Part shown: one piece after another, positions 1 to 13,512 of the stretch
Layout: each line of letters starts with the position of its first letter
Position numbering within the stretch: position 1 is the stretch's first letter
Source of the DNA: Coraliomargaritaceae bacterium
GTDB taxonomy: Bacteria > Verrucomicrobiota > Verrucomicrobiia > Opitutales > Coraliomargaritaceae
Assembly: GCA_965656495.1 (NCBI GenBank)
Contig: CBFHKU010000002.1
Span: forward strand, 64,001-128,000
DNA: 64,000 bases
Direction: 5' to 3'
Program-made: the position numbers and the translations under genes
The notes under the pieces: model-generated
The model's input: only the letters and a program-made list of their open reading frames with translations
Database searches by the model: none
What the model was told of the DNA's origin: nothing

Positions 1-1
1 C

Positions 2-1018
2 CCGGTAACGCTTTTTAAGGGCAGAAATGTCAATTTTTGTTGTAGAAATGGACTGAAGCAATGACGCAACCCGCGGTTGCTCTGCAACAAATGACAATTC
101 CCACAAATCGCGCTTCTCACGGCGGTAAGTCTCAACTAAATTCCACTGCGTTTCAGCGATATCAAAATTGTTCTTATTTTGTGATTTTATCGCGTTTAAA
201 GTTTTAAGCTGCTCGTTTGCAATATTCTCTTGTTGGTTCAGCGATACAGCATTGTGCTTTTCGCGATACTCCGCTAACTTAAGTTCGAGTTCTTCAACCC
301 GCTCACGCTGTTGGTCAGCACGCACTCGCAAATCCTCAACCGCTTTCATCGCAGCATCGATGCTTTTAGTGAGATTGTGATTGATAAATTCCTCCGCGAA
401 CAAATTTGCAACCCGTGATGCAATTATTGGATCTGGATGCGAATAGGCAATGTTAACCATCAAACTCATTCGTTGAGGAATCACTTTTCTATTTTTCCCA
501 AGCACCTCTGCGGGAGTCAGTGCACCTGTGAGGTTGAAGCTATCCTGATAAGGAGCCATGAAGCGCTTCAGCTCATCTTCCTGAAGACGTTGCTGTACTC
601 CTTTAATGATTGAGCCACTGTTTAAAACACTGATCTGCGTGTTTAAATCCTCTGCACTACGAATTTGGTTGGGTTCCATTTCGGTACCCTCCTCAATCGC
701 AGCAGGATCATCACGCAAAACCTGCATGGTTGCAACTGCAGTAAAAACCTTGGTTTTGTTAAAGGTGTAAAGGATAGACCCTGAGAAAATTATGAAGAAT
801 GCAACGATAAGATACCAGATGCGCTCTCGAAACATGAGAATATAGTCTTTGGCCGTACGTTGCGGCCCAGAGGTTCCATAACCTTCTGATCCATAACCCC
901 CGTAACCATAATTACCACCACCGCTATAACCGTAATTGCCGCCACCATATCCGTAACCATAACCACCGTAACCGCCTGAGTTGGGATCGGGTCCACCTTT
1001 AACGTAATTGTTTTTCAT
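2..1018 (-). CDS. Wzc/GumC-like polysaccharide co-polymerase, 5' part (runs off the window start; absent from the ORF track)
   Basis: Manual translation from ATG at 1018: MKNNYVKGGPDPNSGGYGGYGYGYGGG...KDYILMFRERIWYLIVAFFIIFSGSILYTFNKTKVFTAVATMQV...LNTQISVLNS...HPDPIIASRVANLFAEEFI, then coiled coil. This is the Wzz/Wzc N-terminal pattern; open to the window edge; 12 bp downstream of the OPX gene. Confidence 0.88.
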   Translation of the reverse strand, partial: MKNNYVKGGPDPNSGGYGGYGYGYGGGNYGYSGGGNYGYGGYGSEGYGTSGPQRTAKDYILMFRERIWYLIVAFFIIFSGSILYTFNKTKVFTAVATMQVLRDDPAAIEEGTEMEPNQIRSAEDLNTQISVLNSGSIIKGVQQRLQEDELKRFMAPYQDSFNLTGALTPAEVLGKNRKVIPQRMSLMVNIAYSHPDPIIASRVANLFAEEFINHNLTKSIDAAMKAVEDLRVRADQQRERVEELELKLAEYREKHNAVSLNQQENIANEQLKTLNAIKSQNKNNFDIAETQWNLVETYRREKRDLWELSFVAEQPRVASLLQSISTTKIDISALKKRYR

Positions 1019-1030
1019 TATAAATGTCTC

Positions 1031-1666
1031 TTAAATTAAGCGCTCGGGAACTGTTATTGTATCCCCTTCCTTTAAAATAATATCTTTAGCTTCGCCTCTG
1101 CGAATTTCGTCGTAATCGACATCAAAGGGCTTGGAGCCATCGTTGCGCTTGATTCGAACTTTTCGCGCATTACCTAGGCGTGTCACTCCTCTGGACTGAG
1201 AAATGGCGTCAATCAAAGTTAAATCAGAATCAGGTGGCATGGGCACCTTCCCAGGATTGCCAACCATACCCAAGACATGGACAAACTTTGGTGCAAACTC
1301 AATGATTTGCAGCGAGACTTGGGGATCAACTAAAAAATCCCGGTTGTAGAGATCGGTAACAAGCGACTGCGCTTCAGCTATCGTCATCCCAGCCAACTTT
1401 ACTTTGCCGATTAATGCTAATGCAACCGTGCCATCACCCTCGATGCGGACTGCTTTGTCTAAATCGCGCTCTTGATATACCTGCAATTCAACGACATCCG
1501 AGGTTTTTAAGATATAATTTTCGCTTACAGCGACCCCGTAAGATGAAGCCGAACTGTAAGTGTTACCACCGCCGGAACCACCTTGACTGTTGCCAGAATC
1601 TTGGGCTGTTAGAGTTTGAGCAATGCTCAAGGTTAAATATAGGAAAAAAAGTCTGCTTAATTTCAT
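1031..1666 (-). CDS. Polysaccharide export OPX (Wza-family) protein, short form
   Basis: Signal peptide; PES-like segment YILKTSDVVELQVYQERDL...RIEGDGTVALALIGKVKLAGMT; one SLBB-like domain ending DIILKEGDTITVPE; no lipobox Cys. Confidence 0.9.
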   Translation of the reverse strand: MKLSRLFFLYLTLSIAQTLTAQDSGNSQGGSGGGNTYSSASSYGVAVSENYILKTSDVVELQVYQERDLDKAVRIEGDGTVALALIGKVKLAGMTIAEAQSLVTDLYNRDFLVDPQVSLQIIEFAPKFVHVLGMVGNPGKVPMPPDSDLTLIDAISQSRGVTRLGNARKVRIKRNDGSKPFDVDYDEIRRGEAKDIILKEGDTITVPERLI

Positions 1667-1672
1667 AACATT

Positions 1673-1698
1673 AAAAAATGCCTCCTAAGAGGCATTTT
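1673..1698 (-). terminator. Terminator-like hairpin between the beta-barrel and OPX genes
   Basis: Minus strand AAAATGCCTC-TTAG-GAGGCATTTTTT: perfect 10-bp stem ending in a U-tract. Confidence 0.55.
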
Positions 1699-1728
1699 GT
1701 GACCAATAAAATCTGATTTGGTTCAATA

Positions 1729-2877
1729 TTAATATGTAAGTGCTGCAGCAAATGTTATAATATTGTCGTCATAACTAGAGCCAACTTGGTTTGAATCATT
1801 GTTAGAGAAGACATAACCCGCATTTAGATTCCAATAGCTGTTTAGGCGGTAAATACCGTTGAGTCCAAGGGTTAGCAAATCATCTTCACGACTGCTGGCC
1901 AAATAATCGCGTATTTTATATCCCGCCCTACCCGTAAGGGAAATTTTATTGTTGAGCGCGTAGGATGTAACCCAGTCAAGTTTAGTTTCCTCAGTTCCGT
2001 TTCCGGTGGCCGAGGCATCGAAATCCTGATAGAGACTGATTCTGTGCGTGAGTTTAGCGCTTACGGACCACGTCAGACCGGAATCAAGACTCATAGAAGT
2101 GGTGTCGCGACTGGAATTATCGTTCTCATACTGATTGTAACCTACTTTAAAGTAACCAACCAGCTTGGGTAGCAATTCACCTCGTAAACCAACATTAAAT
2201 TCATTTGATGTTGCATCTCGACCAGCAGACTCAACATCGATTTGTTTATGCACATAACCCACACTGAGATCCATCTTGGGCGTCAATTCGTAATAAACAT
2301 CCACTGGAAGCTTCAGGTATTCACGGTCGCTGTAGCTGGCAGCATAATCTCCGACGTACGCGATCTCATCCCAGTTTATCCCGGCCTTGACACTAAATTT
2401 CGGGGAGAGCGTGTATTCGCCATTGATACCCAGTGCAGATAGCTCTCTTTCAAGCAAAGTGCCTTCACGGTTCGCGAGCTCATTATTCGATTTAGTTTCA
2501 ACATAACTCGCATTTGCCGAGAGTGCCAAACGACTGGTTCGGTAAGCTGCATTCGCACGCAAGCTCAAGAGCTCAGAATCTAACTCGTCATTATCTTGGT
2601 ATTTATTAATGTCGTAACTGGTGGAAAGACCGATATCAAGATCAGTGGCGTTTCTGCCCAACACAGCGCTGAATCCGGGAGAAAATACCAGCACGGTGTC
2701 TGACACTTCTCTGAATTCTTGCCGAAAAATGTTAGAATCCCACTTGATCGTGGAGTTACCAGTAAATGAAATGGTACCAATGTCTCCGATGGTTACAAGC
2801 GGCGCACCGTTAGTTTGAAGTGCTGCCACTGTAATGCTAAATAGTGCCAGAAAGAATCTATTTTTTAACAATTTCAT
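1729..2877 (-). CDS. Outer-membrane beta-barrel protein of the polysaccharide locus
   Basis: Likely start MKLLKNRFF at 2877 (the longer ORF-track start overlaps the divergent gene); signal peptide, alternating amphipathic strands, C-terminal aromatic residue (..FAAALTY). Confidence 0.8.
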   Translation of the reverse strand: MKLLKNRFFLALFSITVAALQTNGAPLVTIGDIGTISFTGNSTIKWDSNIFRQEFREVSDTVLVFSPGFSAVLGRNATDLDIGLSTSYDINKYQDNDELDSELLSLRANAAYRTSRLALSANASYVETKSNNELANREGTLLERELSALGINGEYTLSPKFSVKAGINWDEIAYVGDYAASYSDREYLKLPVDVYYELTPKMDLSVGYVHKQIDVESAGRDATSNEFNVGLRGELLPKLVGYFKVGYNQYENDNSSRDTTSMSLDSGLTWSVSAKLTHRISLYQDFDASATGNGTEETKLDWVTSYALNNKISLTGRAGYKIRDYLASSREDDLLTLGLNGIYRLNSYWNLNAGYVFSNNDSNQVGSSYDDNIITFAAALTY

Positions 2878-3043
2878 AAAGTAAAATAGAAGACCTAATT
2901 GAACGTGGGTCAACAAATAAATTAAATTATGCTTTAATTTTAAAATTAGCGCCTTGTGGGCTGTTTGCAGAGGTTGGGCTTTTTTCATTGAACAATGATA
3001 CAGCCATTGGTTTAATATCTTAAATAATTTTTTCGCATTTACC

Positions 3044-4717
3044 ATGAATAACCCAAACACAAAACCCAAACCCGCTGCCCTGGAGCGTCCCATCCTTTTT
3101 GGCTTTGCTGTCCAAAGGAGGCGGCCCGACGGCCAAATAACAGTCTCTCTACGGTGGTTGCGGGTTATCGGCGTCTTCCTTGCCCTTTTTTTCACAGCTT
3201 GGATCAGTACTGCGGGCGCACTCTACTACTGGTTCAAATTCAAAAAGGATTTTGAAACAGTAAGCTTCAAGGGTATGATCACATTGCCCTTCCGTCTGGA
3301 CGAACACCGTGTAGAGATGGGTGATTATCACGTCGAAAAGGGCTTAGCGCAGTTTAAAGAGGGAGAATTTCGCGATGCATTAACTTTTTTGCGTCTAGGT
3401 GTGACGCGCTCACCGGGCAATCTAGAAGGGCGCCTCCTCCTTGCAGAATTTTACGAGCAACTCCTCAAACGCGTCGACATTGCGTCGGGACTTCTGTGCC
3501 AAGGACTGGAGCACGGTGGAATCGATGATATTAACTATTTAAAGGCAACACTTCGTCTGCTCTTGAAACATCAACAAGATGCCGAAGTCCAGAAAATCGC
3601 CGACACTTACTTGCCCGAAGAAACCCTTATCAATGACCGCAACCGTGTCCTCGCCTTTGGTGCTGCTCAGGCTAATTTCCTGCGCGGCAACTACGACAGG
3701 GCCGATGACTATATCTCAATCTATGAATTAAATGTATCGGTTGAAGGCGTACTGCTTTCCGCTCAAATAAACTGGAACCGCGGACACAAGGATACTGCAA
3801 TCCGTAAATTAAAGCTCAACCTAAAGAGCTTCAAAAACAACGAGAGCATTTTAATGCAGCTGAGCCGCTACCACCGCGAGTTGGGCGAGGTCGAAGAAGC
3901 CAGAAAATATGCTATCATGCGCAATCTCGCCAATCCTTTGAGTGCCGCACCACGCATCGAACTCCTTTACATCTATAACAAGTCCGGCGATGTTGAACGC
4001 GAAGAACGAGAGACCCGACGTGTCCTTCAACAATTCCGCGATGACCCTAACGCACTTCAAGCAATCGCCAACTTTGCCGCCGATAGCGGTAACATCGAGC
4101 TGGCACGACACTGTTACGAAGAAGCGCTCGAAAACGAGTTTGGCATTGATGCCTTCGCTTTGCTGATGATCGAAGCTCACCTCGTAGACAAAGACTACGA
4201 AGGCGCGCTTGCATTTGCTGAAGAACTCGACAAAGAGCGACCCGAGTGGCTCAATAAACGCAGGGATGTTTTTAATAGTTTAAGGGCGGTCGCCTCCTAC
4301 GGAATTAACCGACCTGATTTTGGTGATATTTATCTCAGTGAATTTATTAACGGCGAAAACATCAATCCGTCGCAATATTTTGCAGTCGCCAACCGCCTGA
4401 TCAATATCGGAGAGTTGAAAAATGCACGCCTCGTTTTACTAGAAGCCTTCAAGCGCACCCCCAACAATCAGCGCGTTTTGTCCGAACTCATCAACGTTGA
4501 TCTCGAACTTGGCTACACAGAGAATTTATACGATTTATTGAAGCGCTTCCTGCAAATGCGCCGACCACAACCCGAAATCATTCTCAAAGCCTACCGCAAA
4601 CTTGGTAGTGATCGGTTTATATTTACACCCAACCGCGAAAGCCTCCTCATTGACCTCAATGCCATGCTTCGTGAGAATGCCGAGACGATTGCACGGTTTC
4701 AATCTGAAAAATCCTGA
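3044..4717 (+). CDS. Membrane-anchored TPR-repeat protein
   Basis: N-terminal hydrophobic helix (VIGVFLALFFTAWISTAGALYYWF) followed by TPR-like helical repeats (e.g. HVEKGLAQFKEGEFRDALTFLRLGVTRSPGNLEGRLLLAEFY). Confidence 0.7.
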   Translation: MNNPNTKPKPAALERPILFGFAVQRRRPDGQITVSLRWLRVIGVFLALFFTAWISTAGALYYWFKFKKDFETVSFKGMITLPFRLDEHRVEMGDYHVEKGLAQFKEGEFRDALTFLRLGVTRSPGNLEGRLLLAEFYEQLLKRVDIASGLLCQGLEHGGIDDINYLKATLRLLLKHQQDAEVQKIADTYLPEETLINDRNRVLAFGAAQANFLRGNYDRADDYISIYELNVSVEGVLLSAQINWNRGHKDTAIRKLKLNLKSFKNNESILMQLSRYHRELGEVEEARKYAIMRNLANPLSAAPRIELLYIYNKSGDVEREERETRRVLQQFRDDPNALQAIANFAADSGNIELARHCYEEALENEFGIDAFALLMIEAHLVDKDYEGALAFAEELDKERPEWLNKRRDVFNSLRAVASYGINRPDFGDIYLSEFINGENINPSQYFAVANRLINIGELKNARLVLLEAFKRTPNNQRVLSELINVDLELGYTENLYDLLKRFLQMRRPQPEIILKAYRKLGSDRFIFTPNRESLLIDLNAMLRENAETIARFQSEKS

Positions 4718-4720
4718 TAC

Positions 4721-5995
4721 TTAGCGACCTTGCGCCTCCACTACCCGCACGCGGGTCGTCAATACACGTCGATCATCGACACGTTCAATCTCTATACGCA
4801 AACCGTGCGCCTCCAATTTCTCCCCTGCTCCCGGGATACGCCCGAGTTCTCCCGCTACTAAACCGCCAAAGGTCGAAACCGCATCATTCTTGATCTCAAC
4901 CCCCAAACGGGCTTCCACATCATGGATCGGAGCTTGCCCTGAGATTTGATAATATCCCGACTCCTGTAATGCCTCAATCGGGTCCTCCTCGCTGTCGAAC
5001 TCGTCCTGAATATCTCCAACCAATTCTTCAAGTATACGTTCGAGAGTTACCACACCCAGGGCACCTCCAAAGTTGTCGTAGACCAAGCCCATATGAAACT
5101 TGGTTCGCAGCATGCGCTGGAGCGCCTCTTCCAGTGGTGTTTCCAGTAGAAAACTGCCGGTTGGCCGCATCAGAGCATCCGGGTTCATCGCTAATTCTCC
5201 CGCCTCGCTTCGAAAAATATCCTTGATATGTACGATGCCAAGGCAGTCATCCAAATCACCGCGACAGAGAGGATACCGCGTGTGCCCGGCACGCTTCATG
5301 CGGCTCAAATTAGTCGCCAAATCTTCATTAAGATCAAAAATGACCACTTCGTTTCTTGGCAAGAGGACATCGTGCACCACTAAATCCTGCATTTGAATCG
5401 AACGATTCACAATAGAGCGCACCACCGGCGATAAAAGCGTATGATCAAGCCCTAAAGCACGCAACTGAACTGCGACATCCATTGGGTCGGGCGCGACGTC
5501 ACTGACACGCAGCTTTTTGAAAATAAACTCCTTGACCGAGAGGACTCGCAAAGGGAACAAGACGAGTTTCAAGAAAATCAAGAGGGGGGCGGCTAAACGC
5601 AGGGCAGCCACTGGATAACGCATTGCCAGCCCCCGGGGAAAGTAATCACCCAAGCAATAGAGCAGCAAAATTAGCAGCAATCCTACCGGCAGTATAACCA
5701 CCCAATTGGCCAAACCTGCCAACGGGAAATGTATCAATACAAATAGGGAAAAATGAACCCCCAAGCCCAAAAGACATAGCACCTTACCAAAACGCAAGAC
5801 TGCTCCTGCACTGCCCCCCTCACCCAGCAACTTTGCGATACCCTTCCACTTTCTTAATTCATCCAATCCGGAACGCGCGACCTTCCCATAACGGACCAAG
5901 ATCAGACTGGTCTCACCCATCACCAGAAGGGCGTACAGGAGCAGGAAAATCGCAAAGGTGATTACCGGAAAAAACATATTTATAAAACCAGACAT
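4721..5995 (-). CDS. CNNM/hemolysin-C family protein (DUF21-CBS-CBS-CorC_HlyC)
   Basis: N-terminal TM bundle, CBS pair (HTRYPL, GIVHIKD, TLERILEELVGDIQDEFD), C-terminal CorC domain (TFGGLV...GRIP). Confidence 0.9.
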   Translation of the reverse strand: MSGFINMFFPVITFAIFLLLYALLVMGETSLILVRYGKVARSGLDELRKWKGIAKLLGEGGSAGAVLRFGKVLCLLGLGVHFSLFVLIHFPLAGLANWVVILPVGLLLILLLYCLGDYFPRGLAMRYPVAALRLAAPLLIFLKLVLFPLRVLSVKEFIFKKLRVSDVAPDPMDVAVQLRALGLDHTLLSPVVRSIVNRSIQMQDLVVHDVLLPRNEVVIFDLNEDLATNLSRMKRAGHTRYPLCRGDLDDCLGIVHIKDIFRSEAGELAMNPDALMRPTGSFLLETPLEEALQRMLRTKFHMGLVYDNFGGALGVVTLERILEELVGDIQDEFDSEEDPIEALQESGYYQISGQAPIHDVEARLGVEIKNDAVSTFGGLVAGELGRIPGAGEKLEAHGLRIEIERVDDRRVLTTRVRVVEAQGR

Positions 5996-7104
5996 TATGC
6001 CGGCACCGACTCACTTCCCAACCAAGCCTGCATCGCTGTAAGTAGACGCTCATTCTCCTCCTGCTTGCCAATCGTGATACGCACATATTCGGGCATCCCG
6101 TAAACATCCAGCGGGCGCACAATAATCCCCTGCGACTGCAAGGCACGGAAGCAAGCGGAACCATCCCCCACCCGCGTCAGCACAAAATTTGCCGACCCGC
6201 CAAAGGTCTCGAAACCCATCGCATTCAAGCCCGAAACCAGAACCTTCCGCCCCGCCGCATTCTCGCGGCGACACATTTCATAAAATTCCACATCACCGAG
6301 CGCCGCCACCGCAGCTGCCTGAGCCACCGCATTGACATTAAACGGTTGCCGCACCCGTTGCAGCAAAGCCACCAATTCCGGATTCCCGTAACCATAGCCA
6401 ACCCGCAGGCCTCCCAGACCATAGATTTTGGAAAAAGTGCGCAGACAAAAAACCTTGCGCCCCGCCGAAATCGCAGCTCGCAAATCCGGAGCCGTATCGA
6501 GGTATTCTGCGTAAGCCTCATCCAAACAAAAGATCACATGCTCCGGCAAATCCTCTGCTAAAGCCAGCAACTCCCCGGCCTCGTTCGCCGCACCGGTCGG
6601 ATTGTTGGGACTCGCCACAAACAAAAGACGCGTCCGTTCCGTAACAGCCGCACGCATTGCGCATAAATCATGCGCAAAATCCTTCATCGGCACCTCCACC
6701 GCAGTCGCCCCAAAAAGACGCGTTACCAATTTATAAACGATAAAAGCCTGTGCACCCATGACCACCTCAACTCCAGGCCGTAAAAAGACGTGTCCCAATA
6801 ATTCAATGATCTCATTCGATCCATTCCCGGGAATGACCGCATCCGGATCAACTCCGCGCTCTGCCGCAATCGCCTCCCGCAACAAATGCCCCGCCCCATC
6901 CGGGTAAATATGCGCCGTTTCCATCGCGGCGCGACCCGCTACCATTGCCAAAGGCGAGGGCCCATAAGGATTTTCATTGGAGGCCAACTTCGCAACCTCA
7001 TCCGGCACAAGTCCAAATTCCTGCGCAACCTGCGCAATAGGTTTTCCCGGTTCGTAGACCGGTTGTGCCAAGACCCCGGCATTCGCTAAATCAGCGTTGT
7101 TCAT
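5995..7104 (-). CDS. hisC: Histidinol-phosphate aminotransferase
   Basis: KLASNENPYG, GNGSNEII, PNNPTG, DEAYAEY, RTFSKIYGLGGLRVGY (PLP lysine). Confidence 0.95.
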   Translation of the reverse strand: MNNADLANAGVLAQPVYEPGKPIAQVAQEFGLVPDEVAKLASNENPYGPSPLAMVAGRAAMETAHIYPDGAGHLLREAIAAERGVDPDAVIPGNGSNEIIELLGHVFLRPGVEVVMGAQAFIVYKLVTRLFGATAVEVPMKDFAHDLCAMRAAVTERTRLLFVASPNNPTGAANEAGELLALAEDLPEHVIFCLDEAYAEYLDTAPDLRAAISAGRKVFCLRTFSKIYGLGGLRVGYGYGNPELVALLQRVRQPFNVNAVAQAAAVAALGDVEFYEMCRRENAAGRKVLVSGLNAMGFETFGGSANFVLTRVGDGSACFRALQSQGIIVRPLDVYGMPEYVRITIGKQEENERLLTAMQAWLGSESVPA

Positions 7105-7164
7105 TAATTGTTTCCAATCTGCGAGCTTCCTGTTTCATTGCAACAAAAACCAAGTAATAATCTT

Positions 7165-8070
7165 ATGAAAATTCTGCTCACCGGGGCCACCGGCCTCCTT
7201 GGAAACGCCTATGCTCAAGCGGCACTGCGGCGCGGCCATACCCTCACCGCCCTGAGTCACTCTCAGCCCTGCACCCTTCCCGGCATCGCCGAGAACCTGC
7301 GACTGGATGCCACCGACCCTGAATCCTTAACTGAACTTATCCTCCAGCTTTGGCCCGATGTCATTGTCAATTGCGCCGCCCTCTCAAACCCCCAAACGGT
7401 TGACGCCGAACCCGATCAAGCACGCAAAATCAACATCGACCTCCCCCGCCACCTCGCCCAACTCAGCACCCACCTCGGCGCCCGCTTTATCCACATCTCA
7501 ACCGATATGGTCTTTGATGGCCAGAGCGACAGCCCGTATCGCTCCACTGATATGCCGGCCCCCACCAATCTGTACGGGCAAACCAAACTCATGGCCGAGC
7601 GCGAGGTACTGGCCCACAACAAAGAAGATCCCGTTGTCCTGCGAATCCCCATTCTAATGGGCAACAGCCCCTCCGGCTCAAGGAGCGTTCATGAAAAAAT
7701 TCTCGCCGCGATTAAGAACCAGGAAGCACTCAAACTCTTTACCGACGAATTCCGCCAACCCTGCTCCGCCGGAAACGTGGCCGAAGTCATGCTTGAACTT
7801 TCCGAACGCCGCGACCTGCACGGCCTCTTTCATTGGGCCGGTTCAGAAGTGCTCAGCCGCTTTGAAATGGGGCAACGCATCCTCAAACATCTCGGGCTCC
7901 CCACCGAAGCCATCACCGCAGCCCAAATTGCCGACGACCCCGCTCATAAAGACCGCCCGCGCAAGCTTGCCTTCAACCTCAACCCCATTGTCAGTAAGCT
8001 TAAAACCAAACCCATCGACTTCCAGGAACAACTCGAGGAAATCACCTTTATCGAGCCGCTTCGGGCCTAA
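7165..8070 (+). CDS. RmlD-like extended SDR (dTDP-4-dehydrorhamnose reductase family)
   Basis: Start MKILLTGATGLLG (Rossmann), STDMVFDG, YGQTK (YxxxK). Confidence 0.85.
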   Translation: MKILLTGATGLLGNAYAQAALRRGHTLTALSHSQPCTLPGIAENLRLDATDPESLTELILQLWPDVIVNCAALSNPQTVDAEPDQARKINIDLPRHLAQLSTHLGARFIHISTDMVFDGQSDSPYRSTDMPAPTNLYGQTKLMAEREVLAHNKEDPVVLRIPILMGNSPSGSRSVHEKILAAIKNQEALKLFTDEFRQPCSAGNVAEVMLELSERRDLHGLFHWAGSEVLSRFEMGQRILKHLGLPTEAITAAQIADDPAHKDRPRKLAFNLNPIVSKLKTKPIDFQEQLEEITFIEPLRA

Positions 8071-8076
8071 CAATCC

Positions 8077-8793
8077 ATGCTCATCGCCCTACCCAACGCC
8101 TACGGTGACGCCGCTCAAAACATGGCGATTGATGCCGCGCTGCTCCACGACCTCCCCCGCGATACCGCCCTCTTCCGCCATTACGGCTGGACCGAACCCG
8201 CCATCACTTTTGGCTACACCCAAAAATGGCTCGCCGTGAAGCAGCTCTTCCCCGATGAGCTCCAATTCTGCCGCCGCATTACCGGAGGCGGCATCGTCGA
8301 CCATCGCAACGACTGGACCTACAGTATTCTCCTCTCCCGCAGCCTCCACGTTGGCGATGCCCCGCCCACCCAAATCTACCTGGAACTACACCAGAGTATT
8401 CTCGGGATCTTACAGCAGGACCAGATCCCCTGCCGCCTCGCCCCCTGCCCCCGCAATTGCGAAACCACGCCCCCCCAGCCCGCGCCTTTCGCCAGTCAAT
8501 GCTTTGTCGAAGCCAGCGCCAACGACGTCTTGCGCCCCGATGGTAGCAAAATCGCCGGGGCAGCCCTCAAACGGACCCGCGAAGCCCTCCTCGTGCAGGG
8601 CTCCATCAATCGCGAAAACCTCCCGAAGAGCTTTGATTACGCCCGGTTCCAAAACCGCTTCCTCAACGCCATCAGCCAAATCTGGGATATCCCCATCTCT
8701 CAACCCGATGACCTCCGGCCCTTTTTCCAAAGCGAGCATATCACCCGCGAAAGAACCCGTTTCAACGACCCCGAATGGCTCCAAAAGCGGTAA
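8077..8793 (+). CDS. Lipoate-protein ligase A / octanoyltransferase family protein
   Basis: NMAIDAALL, RRITGGGIVDH, KIAGAA motifs. Confidence 0.85.
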   Translation: MLIALPNAYGDAAQNMAIDAALLHDLPRDTALFRHYGWTEPAITFGYTQKWLAVKQLFPDELQFCRRITGGGIVDHRNDWTYSILLSRSLHVGDAPPTQIYLELHQSILGILQQDQIPCRLAPCPRNCETTPPQPAPFASQCFVEASANDVLRPDGSKIAGAALKRTREALLVQGSINRENLPKSFDYARFQNRFLNAISQIWDIPISQPDDLRPFFQSEHITRERTRFNDPEWLQKR

Positions 8794-8854
8794 ATTTTGG
8801 CCTGCCTGCAGCTTGACCTTGCCACCCGCGCACCAAGCTCCAAATTAAAGCTAC

Positions 8855-12574
<3,720 letters not shown>

Positions 12575-12576
12575 CC

Positions 12577-13512
12577 ATGTCTCTGCGTAAGCAACTGAGA
12601 GAAAGTTTTCGTCAGAAATCCAAGGACCGGGACTTCTGGTTTAACCTCCTGCTTTTTGCCAGCCTCGGCCTTATTTTTTGGCCGTTTACTCAATGGCTTG
12701 CACACAGTGCCCACGAGCAAAGCCGCATCCTCAACGCCTTTATCATTCTAGCCTTTGCGGTCTTCAGCCTGGTCTATTTCAACCGGATTGCGGTCAAAGA
12801 TCCCCTCACGCTCAACCCCCCTGCGCGGAACGGCCTGATCCTTGCCTACCTCTGTCTTTTGTCGGCCTTTTTCCTGAGTCGCCTTACCGAACCAAGCCTC
12901 TTGCGGAATCTCGCCCTCAGCATCTTAAGCGTGACCGCCTATTGTAGCGCCCTCAGCGCCTTTGTGCTATTCCTCTTTGGCACACAACTGCGCCGCATTG
13001 CCTACACCGCCTGCGGTACCTTCGGGGTTTTCATCTTCCTCAGCACTTTTATGGGTGCGCTCGATTGGCCCCTTCGCACCCTCGCCGGAAAATGGAGCGG
13101 CAACCTCCTCGGGTTCCTCGGAAAATCAGTCGAGCTCGGCATTTCAGAAAGCCCCCAAATCGCACCCCGCCTCATCCTCCTCGTCGATCAACATCCCTTC
13201 CATGTCGCCTCCGAGTGCAACGGTTTCGGCGTCATCCTTACCAGCCTCCTCCTCGGGCTAATGCTCGCCCTCTATCAACGACTCACACCACTCGAGCTAC
13301 TCGTAAACATCACCACCGCCCTCTTCATCGGTATTACCTTCAATATCCTGCGCATTGTCATCATCGTCCTCCTCGCCCCAAACATGATGACGCATTACGA
13401 CCTGATGCATGAAGTCGTGGGTGTGCTCAGCTTTTGGACCTGCCTGCTCTCGATTTGGGTTTTATTGGGCGGCCCCACCCGCTCCCTGGAAAATTCAAAC
13501 TTAAAAGCCTAA
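12577..13512 (+). CDS. Exosortase/archaeosortase family transpeptidase
   Basis: Multi-TM protein with the Cys-Arg-His triad context VASECNG, NILRI, MHEVVG. Confidence 0.85.
   Translation: MSLRKQLRESFRQKSKDRDFWFNLLLFASLGLIFWPFTQWLAHSAHEQSRILNAFIILAFAVFSLVYFNRIAVKDPLTLNPPARNGLILAYLCLLSAFFLSRLTEPSLLRNLALSILSVTAYCSALSAFVLFLFGTQLRRIAYTACGTFGVFIFLSTFMGALDWPLRTLAGKWSGNLLGFLGKSVELGISESPQIAPRLILLVDQHPFHVASECNGFGVILTSLLLGLMLALYQRLTPLELLVNITTALFIGITFNILRIVIIVLLAPNMMTHYDLMHEVVGVLSFWTCLLSIWVLLGGPTRSLENSNLKA

Noticed and set aside
2878..3195. N-terminal extension of the 488-aa beta-barrel ORF
   Set aside because: Overlaps the divergent TPR gene and the AT-rich intergenic region; the signal peptide begins at Met 2877.
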